Of a stretch of 64,000 nt of DNA, positions 1 through 9,114 are shown one piece after another. Origin of the DNA: an uncultured Oxalobacter sp. (GTDB taxonomy: Bacteria > Pseudomonadota > Gammaproteobacteria > Burkholderiales > Burkholderiaceae_D); NCBI GenBank assembly GCA_964488675.1, contig CAZAWA010000001.1, positions 9,785 to 73,784 of the forward strand. The letters run 5' to 3'. The notes under the pieces are model-generated. The model had not been told where the DNA came from, did no database searches, and saw nothing but the letters and a program-made list of their open reading frames with translations. The position numbers were made by a program, and so were the translations under genes. The first letter of the stretch is position 1. Every line of letters starts with the position of its first letter.

Positions 1-1743
1 GCCATCGGGCTTCAGGTGGCGCAGGTACACTTCGAGGGCTTCCTTCGTCGCGAGATGCACGGGTATCGAATCGCTGGAAAACGCATCAGCCACAATGAGG
101 TCATAGCCCTGCGGCGCCTCACGCTCCATCGCGAGGCGCGCATCGCCCAGGATGTGCTCGATCTTCGCCCGGCTGCGCTTGAGGAAGGTGAAGTGGCTTT
201 GCGCGACCTCGATCACATCCGGATTAATTTCATAGAAGCGGATCACATCGCCCTCTCGCCCATAGGTCGCCAGCGTGCCTACCCCCAAGCCAATGATGCC
301 GATACGCCGGTCCGGCTGTTCCAGCGCCGCGAGCGTGCGTGCGATGCCGGAATGCGGCCTGAAATAAGCGGTCGGCTCATCCTGCCGGTGCGGCGCCATG
401 AATTGTTCGCCGTGGTTGATTACGCCATGCACAAAGCGGCGCAATGCGTTCTCCGGGTCACTTGCGTTCGTGTCGCGCACATGCAGGCTGCCGTAAAAAT
501 TGCGCTTCATGACGATGATCTTGTCGGCCATATATTCCTGCTGCGCATATAGCAGATAGCCCCCAAAGGCGATGCTGGTCAGAATCATCGTCGGAATGAC
601 CCAGCGCACACGGCGCGAGATAATGGCAACCGTTACGAGGGTGAGCGCCAGCCCAAGACCAAATTCGTAATTCGCATTGAACAGCTTGACCGCCAGCAAG
701 CCAACAAACAGGCCGCCCAGCGCACCACCCAGCGACAGCATCAGGAAAAAACGCGTCAAGTGCTCGGGAGCGGGCTTGCGTGCCGCCAATTCACCATGAA
801 AAAACATGCAGATCACGAACAAACCGGCCAGACTGACCGGAATACCCATCTTCAGTTCCACCTGAACCAGCGTCCAGCCCATTGCGCCAACAGCCAGAAC
901 CACCGGCAGCAGGAAAATCTTGCGCTTGTACCAGTTGCGCCCCTCGAAGCAAAGAATGAAGGTCAGCAGGTACAGAGAAAGAGGCAGAATCCACAGAAAC
1001 GGCACGGACGCAAGATCATGTGTGATGTGGTTGGTCACCGCCAGCAGCATCAAGGCACCCATCGCGGAAAACAGCAGCCAGGTCAGATGTTCGCGATGGC
1101 TTGGCACTGGCGTCGTTTCCACTGTCCCGGTGCCATGACTCGCCTCCGCTGGGACATCCGCTGAGTGTCGCAGGGTCAGCCAGCCCGACGCGGCACACAC
1201 CAGAACGAAGAGCAGATAGGCCCCGCTCCAGGACCAGGCTTGCGTAACAGTCGTAACCCAGGGCTCTATCGCGAACGGATAGGCCAGCAGCGCCAGCAAC
1301 GACGCCAGATTCGACAGCGCATAGAGGCGATAAACCGTCTTTTTTGGATAACCTCTGACGAACCAGGCTTGCACCAGGGGCCCGGTTGTCGAGAGCAGAA
1401 AGTAGGGCAAGCCGATGGTGGCCATCAGCAGTCCGAGAATGCGCCAGCTTGGATCGTCGGCGCCGGATGGCTTCCACCCTGCACCTGCGACAATCGGGAG
1501 ACTGACGAGACTGATCGCCAGCAGGGTCACATGGACAATGAACTGGCGTCGGATGACAAGACGGCGCGCTATCCAGTCTGCGTAGGCATAACCGGCAAAC
1601 AGTACGCACTGAAAAAAAACCATGCAGGTCGTCCAGACCGCGGCCGAGCCGCCAAACCACGGCAGGATCTGTTTCGCGATGATCGGCTGGACCAGAAACA
1701 GCAGGAAGGCGCTAACAAAGATCGTGAGAGCGTATAGGAGCAT
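1..1743 (-). CDS. Fused membrane / spermidine-synthase-like (class I SAM-fold) protein, 3' end cut by window edge
   Basis: Not in the ORF track because no stop lies in the window. Hand translation from ATG (complement of 1741-1743) gives MLLYALTIFVSAFLLFLVQPIIAKQILPWFGG..., a hydrophobic multi-TM N-terminus. Bases ~1-320 give RRIGIIGLGVGTLATYGREGDVIRFYEINPDVIEVA...LIVADAFSSDSIPVHLATKEALEVYLRHLKPDG, a typical spermidine-synthase-like fold motif. The frame runs in phase to base 1. Confidence 0.75.
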   Translation of the reverse strand, partial: MLLYALTIFVSAFLLFLVQPIIAKQILPWFGGSAAVWTTCMVFFQCVLFAGYAYADWIARRLVIRRQFIVHVTLLAISLVSLPIVAGAGWKPSGADDPSWRILGLLMATIGLPYFLLSTTGPLVQAWFVRGYPKKTVYRLYALSNLASLLALLAYPFAIEPWVTTVTQAWSWSGAYLLFVLVCAASGWLTLRHSADVPAEASHGTGTVETTPVPSHREHLTWLLFSAMGALMLLAVTNHITHDLASVPFLWILPLSLYLLTFILCFEGRNWYKRKIFLLPVVLAVGAMGWTLVQVELKMGIPVSLAGLFVICMFFHGELAARKPAPEHLTRFFLMLSLGGALGGLFVGLLAVKLFNANYEFGLGLALTLVTVAIISRRVRWVIPTMILTSIAFGGYLLYAQQEYMADKIIVMKRNFYGSLHVRDTNASDPENALRRFVHGVINHGEQFMAPHRQDEPTAYFRPHSGIARTLAALEQPDRRIGIIGLGVGTLATYGREGDVIRFYEINPDVIEVAQSHFTFLKRSRAKIEHILGDARLAMEREAPQGYDLIVADAFSSDSIPVHLATKEALEVYLRHLKPDG

Positions 1744-1889
1744 GGGCAATGTGCGTTGAGCAAAATAACGGATTCTACCGGTGTGTCGACGATGCGCAGG
1801 AACAATTATTCAAAAGTGCGGCTTTCACGCCAATCGGCTCATGGCGATGAACGGTTATACTTTCGCGGTGGATTACTACGGAGGCTTGG

Positions 1890-3053
1890 ATGCAGCTCGA
1901 TGACGAACGGGAAAGTGATTATGTGGAAGACCGCCGCACCGACGGTGGCGGAGGATACGGCGGTGACGACCCGTTTGGCGGCACACCTTATGGGCCCGGC
2001 GGTGGCGGCCCGTACGGCGGCGGCCCGTTCGGCGGTGGACCATCCGGAGGAGGTCCCATGGGAGGGTTCTTTGGCGGCGTCGTCGGCGGCCTGTTGGGCG
2101 GACTTCTCAGCCGCTCCAGAGGCGGCGATCCTTATGGCGGAGGGCCTTATCAGGGCGGCCCCTACGGAGGCGGCCCATATGGAGGCGGACCTTACGGCGG
2201 CAAGCCTTATGGCAGTGGCGGCGGCATGGGGATCGGCGCGAAAATCGCCATCGGTATCGCCATACTGGCCGGCCTGCTGGCCGCCTTTTATTTCTTCAGC
2301 TCGCCTCCGCGGCCCGCACCAGCCCCGACACCCAGAACGCAAACCATGCCGCCACAAGTGGCGACGCAACGCCCGCCCGCTGGCCGCCCAGTCGATCCAT
2401 CCAAGGATTCGCAGGCAAAACTCGTGACGGAAATGAGAAAGGTGCTAGCCAAAACCGAAGACACCTGGGACATGCTGTTCAAGCAGATGGGCCAACCTTA
2501 CCAGAAACCCAAACTGGTGCTGTTCACCAACACGACGCAAAGCGGGTGCGGTCAGGGCCGCGCTGCAACCGGGCCATTTTACTGCCCGCCAGATCAGCGC
2601 ATTTATCTGGATCTGCGATTCTTCAATGAAATGGAGCACAGACTCAAGGCTGGCGGCGATTTCGCCCGCGCCTATGTGATCGCGCATGAGGTCGCCCACC
2701 ATGTGCAAAACCAAATGGGCATCATGAACAAGGTCAACGAAATGCGCTCACGCATGAGCAAGCAGGACTTCAACAAGGTTTCCGTACGCCTCGAACTCCA
2801 GGCCGACTGCTTTGCCGGCGTCTGGGCGCATCATTCGAACCGTGCCAAACCATTTCTTGATCCGGGTGACATAGAAGAAGCATTGCGCGCGGCCAGCGCC
2901 GTCGGCGATGACACTATACAGCGCTCGGCCCGTGGCGCAGTCGTGCCGGATTCATTCACGCATGGCACATCGGCACAACGCATGCGTTGGTTCAAAACCG
3001 GTTTTGAGACAGGCAGCATCAAGTCGTGCGATACATTCAAGCTGCCGATTTAG
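1890..3053 (+). CDS. ypfJ: YpfJ-family neutral zinc metallopeptidase with expanded Gly/Pro/Tyr-rich N-terminal region
   Basis: N-terminus ...RESDYVEDRR... and the HEVAHHVQ zinc motif (HExxH) with ELQADCFAGVWA match the YpfJ family. One TM segment is present (IAIGIAILAGLLAAFYFF). Confidence 0.85.
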   Translation: MQLDDERESDYVEDRRTDGGGGYGGDDPFGGTPYGPGGGGPYGGGPFGGGPSGGGPMGGFFGGVVGGLLGGLLSRSRGGDPYGGGPYQGGPYGGGPYGGGPYGGKPYGSGGGMGIGAKIAIGIAILAGLLAAFYFFSSPPRPAPAPTPRTQTMPPQVATQRPPAGRPVDPSKDSQAKLVTEMRKVLAKTEDTWDMLFKQMGQPYQKPKLVLFTNTTQSGCGQGRAATGPFYCPPDQRIYLDLRFFNEMEHRLKAGGDFARAYVIAHEVAHHVQNQMGIMNKVNEMRSRMSKQDFNKVSVRLELQADCFAGVWAHHSNRAKPFLDPGDIEEALRAASAVGDDTIQRSARGAVVPDSFTHGTSAQRMRWFKTGFETGSIKSCDTFKLPI

Positions 3054-3171
3054 AAATACGATACGCCAAAGGCAGAACAGGGTCAATTCCAAATCGTTCG
3101 TGGCGCGAAGATAAGCTGCAGACCGTACGACAAGGTGACATCGACAAAGCAGCGGATGATTTAAGTTGGGA

Positions 3172-3831
3172 CTACCCCCAGTTGCGCAGCAGACCGACGG
3201 CCAGACCTTCAAGCGCAAAATCCTCGCGTCCCTCTTCAACGGTGATCAGCTTGAAGTCGGGGTTTTCCGAATGCAACTCGATGCGCGAACCAGTCTTGTT
3301 GAGGCGTTTGACGGTCACATCGTCGCCCAATCGCGCCACGATGATCTGTCCATTGCGTGCACTATCTGCTTTCTTGACTGCCAGCAAGTCGCCATCCAGA
3401 ATACCGGCGTCACGCATCGACATGCCGCGCACCTTGAGCAGGTAATCGGGCTTTTGCGGGAAAAGTCCTGGATCGACGCTGTAAGTGGTTTCTATGTGCT
3501 CCTGCGCCAGGATTGGCGACCCAGCCGCAACCCGCCCGATCAGCGGCAGTGAAAGTTGCAGCAAGGCCGTATGGGGCAGGGTCATCTGGCCTGCAGGCAA
3601 TCCCTCCCGTTCCGCCCTTGTCTCGCACAACCGGATGCCGCGCGAGGTGCCGGGAGCAATCGTGATGGCTCCTTTGCGTGCCAGCGCCTGCAAATGCTCT
3701 TCAGCCGCGTTGATTGAGCGAAAACCCAGCTCCGCCGCAATTTCGGCTCTCGTTGGTGGGAAGCCAGTATTCTCGATAGCGCTCCTGATGAGCTCAAGGA
3801 TTTGCTGCTGCCTTGCAGTCAGTTTGATCAT
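3172..3831 (-). CDS. lexA: LexA SOS repressor
   Basis: [16 protein letters not shown]...[14 protein letters not shown] winged-helix N-terminus. Self-cleavage/catalytic motifs [11 protein letters not shown] and [14 protein letters not shown]. Two SOS boxes lie upstream. Confidence 0.95.
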   Translation of the reverse strand: MIKLTARQQQILELIRSAIENTGFPPTRAEIAAELGFRSINAAEEHLQALARKGAITIAPGTSRGIRLCETRAEREGLPAGQMTLPHTALLQLSLPLIGRVAAGSPILAQEHIETTYSVDPGLFPQKPDYLLKVRGMSMRDAGILDGDLLAVKKADSARNGQIIVARLGDDVTVKRLNKTGSRIELHSENPDFKLITVEEGREDFALEGLAVGLLRNWG

Positions 3832-3852
3832 GTCGCCCCCTATGCCAGCCGC

Positions 3853-3885
3853 CTGTTAATATCAACAGACTGTATTTTTATACAG
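3853..3885 (-). promoter_or_regulatory. Two tandem LexA (SOS) boxes upstream of lexA
   Basis: CTGT-TAATATCA-ACAG at 3853-3868 and CTGT-ATTTTTAT-ACAG at 3870-3885. Both are perfect CTGT-N8-ACAG palindromes, 22-54 bp upstream of the lexA start. Confidence 0.85.
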
Positions 3886-3924
3886 TCTGCGCGATATGGC
3901 AAGCAGAATCTCAAGCCTCAGGAT

Positions 3925-3935
3925 CCCCCCCCCCC
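3925..3935. repeat. Homopolymeric C11 (G11 on minus strand) tract in the lexA / T1SS divergent intergenic region
   Basis: Direct count: ggat-ccccccccccc-ttgc, with C at every base 3925-3935. Confidence 0.95.
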
Positions 3936-3995
3936 TTGCTGACGCTGGCGTACGAAGTTGAGGCTCAAGATTCATTAGCAAAACCAACAGAAAAA

Positions 3996-4024
3996 TTGCA
4001 ACATGTAACTTATCTAAATATACT
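3996..4024 (+). promoter_or_regulatory. Predicted sigma70 promoter of the T1SS operon
   Basis: TTGCAA (3996-4001), 17-nt spacer, TATACT (4019-4024), 66 nt upstream of the ATG at 4090. Confidence 0.55.
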
Positions 4025-4089
4025 CTGTATACTCTCCACTTCAACTGACCTTACCTCATGAACCTTCCGCTGAACCTGCCGCTGCCAAG

Positions 4090-5850
4090 ATGAATCGAAA
4101 GTTCCAAATACCAAAAAACGAAATCACCGAGGCACTCATCAGCTTCAAGAAGACCTTTCGTACCATTGGTGTATTCAGCGCCATCATCAATCTGCTGTTG
4201 CTGGGGCCAACGCTTTACATGCTGCAGGTCTACGACCGTGTCTTGCAAAGTCGTAATGAGATGACCCTGCTGATGCTATCCCTGATTCTGGTAGGGTGTC
4301 TTGCATTCATGAGTGCACTGGACTTCGTGCGCAGCTTCGTACTGATCCGCGTCGGTGCGAGACTGGACATGCAGCTAAACAAGCGCGTCTACACCGCAGC
4401 TTTCGAGCAAAGCCTGAAAAAAGGCGGCGGCAATGCCGGTCAGGCGCTGCACGATCTGACCAACATTCGCCAGTTCGTTACTGGCAACGGCCTGTTTGCC
4501 TTCTTTGACGCGCCATGGTTCCCGATCTATCTGCTTGTCATTTTCATGTTCAACATCTGGCTGGGAATATTTGCGCTACTGATGACACTGGTCCTGATTG
4601 GTCTGGCGTACCTGAACGAAAAGATGACTCGCCAGTCGCTGGACGAAGCCAACTCGATGGCAATCGCCTCGTCAACACAGGCTTCTAACAACCTGCGCAA
4701 CGCGGAAGTGATCGAGGCGATGGGCATGCTACCCAACCTGATCGGCCGCTGGTATCAGACACATGGCCGCTTTTTGAACCTGCAGGCGCAAGCCAGCGAA
4801 AAAGCCGGAATCATCGGCGCATGGACCAAATTTACCTCTTTGTCCTCGACCTCCCTGGCACTGGGTCTCGGCGCGCTGCTGGCGATACAGGGCGCAGTTT
4901 CTCCCGGCATGATGATCGGTGCCTCCATCCTGATGGGCAAGGCATTGCAACCAGTGCAAATGCTGATTGGCGTCTGGAAACAATTTGGCAGCACACGCAG
5001 TGCGTATGAGCGACTGACCAGGTTGCTGGAAGAAAACCCGCCGCGCCAGGCTGGCATGGCGCTGGAAAAACCCAAGGGCACACTGTCGGTCGAAGCCGTG
5101 ACCGCCGCGCCACCCGGCGTTACCGTTCCTGTTCTGAAGGGTCTGAACTTTGCCATTGTCCCGGGCGATGTGCTAGGCATCATCGGCCCGAGCGGGTCAG
5201 GAAAATCGACACTGGCGCGCCTGCTGGTCGGGGTGTGGCCTTCTGCAATGGGCAAGGTGCGCCTCGACGGTGCTGATGTCTATCAATGGAACAAAGATGA
5301 ACTGGGGCCACACATCGGCTACCTCCCGCAGGACATAGAACTGTTTTCCGGCAGCATCAGCGAAAACATTGCGCGTTTTGGCGAAATTGATTCGGAAAAG
5401 GTGATTCAGGCCGCACGGCGCGCCGGGGTGCATGATCTGATCCTTCATATGCCAAAAGGTTACGATACCCTCCTGGGTGATGGCGGCGCCGGGTTGTCTG
5501 GCGGACAGAAGCAGCGTCTCGGCCTTGCGCGCGCCATGTACGGCGATCCTTCAGTCATTGTTCTGGACGAGCCGAATTCCAATCTCGACGATGCGGGCGA
5601 ACAAGCACTGGTTGCTGCCATCAACGACTTGCGCCAGCGAGGAAAAACTATCGTGCTGATCACGCATCGCACCAGCATCATCGGCATCACCAGCAAACTT
5701 CTGCTGTTGCGGGATGGCATGATCCAGATGTTTGGCCCGAGCAAGGATGTATTGCAAAAACTGGCGCAGCAGCGGACAGAAATGCAGCAGCAAATCGCTC
5801 AGGCGCAAACCACTGCCGGTAAAAACGCTCAGGCTTCGGAAGCGACATGA
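4090..5850 (+). CDS. Type I secretion system ABC transporter (PrtD/AprD-type, no C39 or C39-like N-domain)
   Basis: N-terminal TM domain with LYMLQVYDRVL. Walker A GPSGSGKST, ABC signature LSGGQKQRLGLARA, Walker B VIVLDEPNSNLD. Confidence 0.9.
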   Translation: MNRKFQIPKNEITEALISFKKTFRTIGVFSAIINLLLLGPTLYMLQVYDRVLQSRNEMTLLMLSLILVGCLAFMSALDFVRSFVLIRVGARLDMQLNKRVYTAAFEQSLKKGGGNAGQALHDLTNIRQFVTGNGLFAFFDAPWFPIYLLVIFMFNIWLGIFALLMTLVLIGLAYLNEKMTRQSLDEANSMAIASSTQASNNLRNAEVIEAMGMLPNLIGRWYQTHGRFLNLQAQASEKAGIIGAWTKFTSLSSTSLALGLGALLAIQGAVSPGMMIGASILMGKALQPVQMLIGVWKQFGSTRSAYERLTRLLEENPPRQAGMALEKPKGTLSVEAVTAAPPGVTVPVLKGLNFAIVPGDVLGIIGPSGSGKSTLARLLVGVWPSAMGKVRLDGADVYQWNKDELGPHIGYLPQDIELFSGSISENIARFGEIDSEKVIQAARRAGVHDLILHMPKGYDTLLGDGGAGLSGGQKQRLGLARAMYGDPSVIVLDEPNSNLDDAGEQALVAAINDLRQRGKTIVLITHRTSIIGITSKLLLLRDGMIQMFGPSKDVLQKLAQQRTEMQQQIAQAQTTAGKNAQASEAT

Positions 5851-7199
5851 TGAAGTTCTTCGGGAAAAAACAGACTGCGACCGATGTCACGACCATCGAT
5901 GTATCGAACGAAGTCGAGACTGACGACCGCCAGCATGTAAAGCTGGGATGGTGGATCGTACTGGCAGGGGTCGGCGGATTTTTGCTTTGGGCTTTGCTGG
6001 CGCCGCTGGATCAGGGCGTGCCGATCCAGGGCACCGTCACCGTCGCGACGAACCGCAAGGCAATTCAGCACCTGACCGGCGGAACCGTTGATGAAATCCT
6101 TGTAAAAGAAGGTGACATCGTCAAGACGGGGCAGGTGTTGGTCAAGCTGATTGACATTCAAACCAAGTCACAGGCAGACATCAGCCGCGTGCAGTTCCAA
6201 ACGGCTCGCGCCGCAGTAGCACGACTCACGGCGGAGCGAGACGGACTGAAATCCGTCAATTACCCGGACGAACTGACCGCACTTGGCGACGATGCCCGCA
6301 CAAAAGCAATCCTTAACGCGCAGAACCAGCTTTTTTCTTCCCGTCAATCGGCGATCAAAAACGAACTGGGCGCGCTCGACGAAAACATAGCCGGCTTGCG
6401 CTCACAGTTAAAAGGCCTGCAAGAATCGATGGAAAGCAAGAAGCAGCAATCGCAATTCCTCAAAGAGCAGCTCGAGGGTATGCGCGGGCTAGCGAAGGAG
6501 GGTTTCGTGCCGCGCAACCGCCTGCTGGAACTGGAGCGCACCTATGCCCAGATCAACGGCGCCATCTCTGAAGACATCGGCAACATCGGGCGCACGCAAC
6601 GCCAAATCACTGAACTGATCATGCGCCGCGTCCAGCGACAGCAAGAATACCAGAAGGAAGTTCGCACCCAACTCTCCGATTCGCAAAAGGAAGCAGAAAG
6701 TCTGGAACACCGCCTGAAAAGTCAGGACTACGATCTGGCCAACACGCTGGTCCGCGCGCCGGTCGATGGTACCGTGGTCGGGCTAAGCATCTTCACGAAG
6801 GGAGGCGTGGTTGGGGCCGGCTTCAAAATGATGGATGTGGTTCCGAGCGAGGACAGTTTGATCATTGAAGGCATGGTGCCGGTAAACCTGATTGACAAGG
6901 TGCATCCTGATCTGGAAGTCGAGATGATTTTTTCCGCATTCAATCAGCGCAGCACTCCGCACATACCCGGCATTGTCATGCAAGTTTCGGCAGATCGACT
7001 GGTGGAGGAAAAAACCGGCGTGCCCTACTACAAGCTGAAAGCCAAAGTGGCCCCCAAAGGCATCAAGATGCTGGCGCAACATGAAATTCGTGCCGGCATG
7101 CCGGTTGAACTGATCGTCAAGACCGGCGAGCGGACCCTGATGAATTACCTGCTGAAGCCGATTTTTGATCGGGCAAACTCAGCCCTCAAAGAGGACTGA
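5847..7199 (+). CDS. HlyD-family type I secretion membrane fusion protein
   Basis: ATGA overlap with the upstream ABC gene. Single N-terminal TM (LGWWIVLAGVGGFLLWALLAPL), long coiled-coil middle, and C-terminal ...RTLMNYLLKPI typical of the PrtE/AprE/HlyD family. Confidence 0.9.
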   Translation: MMKFFGKKQTATDVTTIDVSNEVETDDRQHVKLGWWIVLAGVGGFLLWALLAPLDQGVPIQGTVTVATNRKAIQHLTGGTVDEILVKEGDIVKTGQVLVKLIDIQTKSQADISRVQFQTARAAVARLTAERDGLKSVNYPDELTALGDDARTKAILNAQNQLFSSRQSAIKNELGALDENIAGLRSQLKGLQESMESKKQQSQFLKEQLEGMRGLAKEGFVPRNRLLELERTYAQINGAISEDIGNIGRTQRQITELIMRRVQRQQEYQKEVRTQLSDSQKEAESLEHRLKSQDYDLANTLVRAPVDGTVVGLSIFTKGGVVGAGFKMMDVVPSEDSLIIEGMVPVNLIDKVHPDLEVEMIFSAFNQRSTPHIPGIVMQVSADRLVEEKTGVPYYKLKAKVAPKGIKMLAQHEIRAGMPVELIVKTGERTLMNYLLKPIFDRANSALKED

Positions 7200-7219
7200 C
7201 GGTGTCTGCTGCGAAATCG

Positions 7220-8548
7220 ATGAAACGCCTGCTGCTGCCGACGCTGGCAGCCGGTGTTTTGTTTTATGCCCCAGTCGCATCGGCCTTGAGCCTGATGCAG
7301 GCTTACGAAGCGGCGCTGGCAAACGATCCGACCTATCAGGCGGCGCGGCACGAAAACGAAGCCGGTCAGCAAAATCGCGCGATGGGGCGCGCCAGTTTGC
7401 TGCCGACAATATCAGCCAGCTATTCTGCCAACAAGGTTAAAGCCACAGATAGAGAATCAGGTGGCACACCTCAGGCAGACCTCAGATACGACAGTCGTGT
7501 AGCAGCAATTTCGCTTCGTCAGCCGATCTTCAGCCTTGAAGGCATCGCCCGTTATCAGCAAGGTGCTGCCCAGGCGGATTACAGCGAGGCCGTATTTTCC
7601 GGGCGCAGCCGGGAGTTGATCGTGCGCGTGGTCGGTGCCTACGCCGAAGCGCAATATGCAGAGGATCAACTGGCGCTTGCCACCGCCCAGCGCGATGCCT
7701 ATGTCGAACAGATGAAGGTTAACCAGCGCGCATTTGAACTGGGTGAGGGTACCAAAACCGATGTACTGGAGACCCAGGCCAAGGCTGAGCTCGCCGAAGC
7801 ACAGGTCATTGAAGCGCGCGACAACCTGACAACAGCGCGCAATGCTCTGGCAGGCATCGTGGGAAGGGAGGTATCGAATCTGGACGCGCTTTCAGGCAAT
7901 TTCCCCATGCAGCCGATGAATCCGGCGGGCATCGAACAATGGAAAGAGCTGGCGATGGCACAAAATGCCGAAATCATCGCACAACAGTTCGCAGTTGAAG
8001 CAGCGCGCCAGGAAATCAACAAGAACCGCGCCGGTCACTTCCCCCGCCTGGATGCGGTTGCCAGCTTCAGCGACAACAAGTCTGAATCCCTGAATTATTT
8101 CGGTCAGGAAAATGCCCAACGCAGCGTCGGCATCCAACTGAACATTCCGATATTTTCTGGCGGCTATGTCAATGCCGCAACAACGCAGGCCGCCGCCAAT
8201 CATGCCAGGGCAAAGTCAGAACTGGATGCCAAGATCAACCAGATCATGGTCGAGCTGCGCAAACAGTACGGTCTGGTGAAAAGCGGAGAGCAAAGAATTC
8301 GTGCGCTGGAAAACGCGGTTGTTTCCGCCCGCCTGCTGATCACGGCGACCGAAAAAAGCATACAGGGCGGCGTGCGCATTAACCTTGATTTATTAAATGC
8401 CCGACAACAATTGCATACCTCACAACGCGACCTGGCACAAGCCCGCTACAATTACCTGCTGGCCTATCTGCGGTTACGGTATGCCGCAGGCATACTGACC
8501 CACCAGGACCTGCGCGTCGTGGCCGGCTACTTCGTGCCAAGCCGATGA
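7220..8548 (+). CDS. TolC-family type I secretion outer-membrane protein
   Basis: The ORF opens at GTG 7202. ATG 7220 gives MKRLLLPTLAAGVLFYAPVASA, a signal peptide, followed by LSLMQAYEAALANDPTY (TolC-family hallmark) and two repeat halves. Confidence 0.85.
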   Translation: MKRLLLPTLAAGVLFYAPVASALSLMQAYEAALANDPTYQAARHENEAGQQNRAMGRASLLPTISASYSANKVKATDRESGGTPQADLRYDSRVAAISLRQPIFSLEGIARYQQGAAQADYSEAVFSGRSRELIVRVVGAYAEAQYAEDQLALATAQRDAYVEQMKVNQRAFELGEGTKTDVLETQAKAELAEAQVIEARDNLTTARNALAGIVGREVSNLDALSGNFPMQPMNPAGIEQWKELAMAQNAEIIAQQFAVEAARQEINKNRAGHFPRLDAVASFSDNKSESLNYFGQENAQRSVGIQLNIPIFSGGYVNAATTQAAANHARAKSELDAKINQIMVELRKQYGLVKSGEQRIRALENAVVSARLLITATEKSIQGGVRINLDLLNARQQLHTSQRDLAQARYNYLLAYLRLRYAAGILTHQDLRVVAGYFVPSR

Positions 8549-8558
8549 TTGCAAGGCC

Positions 8559-8587
8559 TTGAAATCTCTACGGTTTCAGGGTACAAT
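8559..8587 (+). promoter_or_regulatory. Predicted sigma70 promoter of the rpsF operon
   Basis: TTGAAA (8559-8564), 17-nt spacer, TACAAT (8582-8587), 75 nt upstream of the rpsF ATG. Confidence 0.5.
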
Positions 8588-8662
8588 CTCAGGCTTTCCT
8601 CTTCCCACACTCGTCTTGACGCCGGGGTGGGCGATTTTTCAATCCGTCCAAAAGGAGATTAC

Positions 8663-9046
8663 ATGCGTCATTATGAAATTGTATTTATCGTGCATCCCGA
8701 TCAAAGCGAGCAGGTTCCTGCAATGATCGAACGCTACAAAAATACGGTCACCACTCGAGGCGGGAAAATCCACCGCGTTGAAGACTGGGGCCGTCGCCAG
8801 TTGGCCTACATGATCCAGAAGCTCGCCAAGGCGCACTATGTGTGCATGAACATCGAGTGCGACAGCGAAACGCTGACTGAAATCGAAACCGCATTCAAAT
8901 TCAATGATGCGGTGCTGCGCCACCTGACTGTCAAAATGAAAAATGCTGAAACCGGCCCTTCCCCGATGATGAAATCGGTGCAAAGGGAGGAGTCTTCCAA
9001 GCATCGTAGCGCTGAAGCCCCGGCCGCTGCGCCTGCTGCCGCCTGA
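8663..9046 (+). CDS. rpsF: 30S ribosomal protein S6
   Basis: [26 protein letters not shown]... The internal ATG at 8663 is preceded by AAAGGAG (8651-8657). The ORF-track start at 8549 is an upstream extension. Confidence 0.95.
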   Translation: MRHYEIVFIVHPDQSEQVPAMIERYKNTVTTRGGKIHRVEDWGRRQLAYMIQKLAKAHYVCMNIECDSETLTEIETAFKFNDAVLRHLTVKMKNAETGPSPMMKSVQREESSKHRSAEAPAAAPAAA

Positions 9047-9114
9047 TCGCATTTGACTGACGGAAAGGGCGTGAACTGAATCCCGCGAACCAGTTTCAAC
9101 TTGTTGCCACCATC

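Noticed and set aside
16-552. 178-aa plus-strand ORF at the left edge
   Set aside because: The opposite strand encodes a convincing spermidine-synthase-like domain (IGIIGLGVGTLATYG...DAFSSDSIPVHL) in a frame that stays open to the window edge. The plus-strand ORF has no motifs.
3862-4044. 60-aa minus-strand ORF spanning the C11 tract (it would encode GGGG)
   Set aside because: It lies in a promoter region, has no RBS, and has an implausible composition. The tract is better treated as a non-coding simple repeat.
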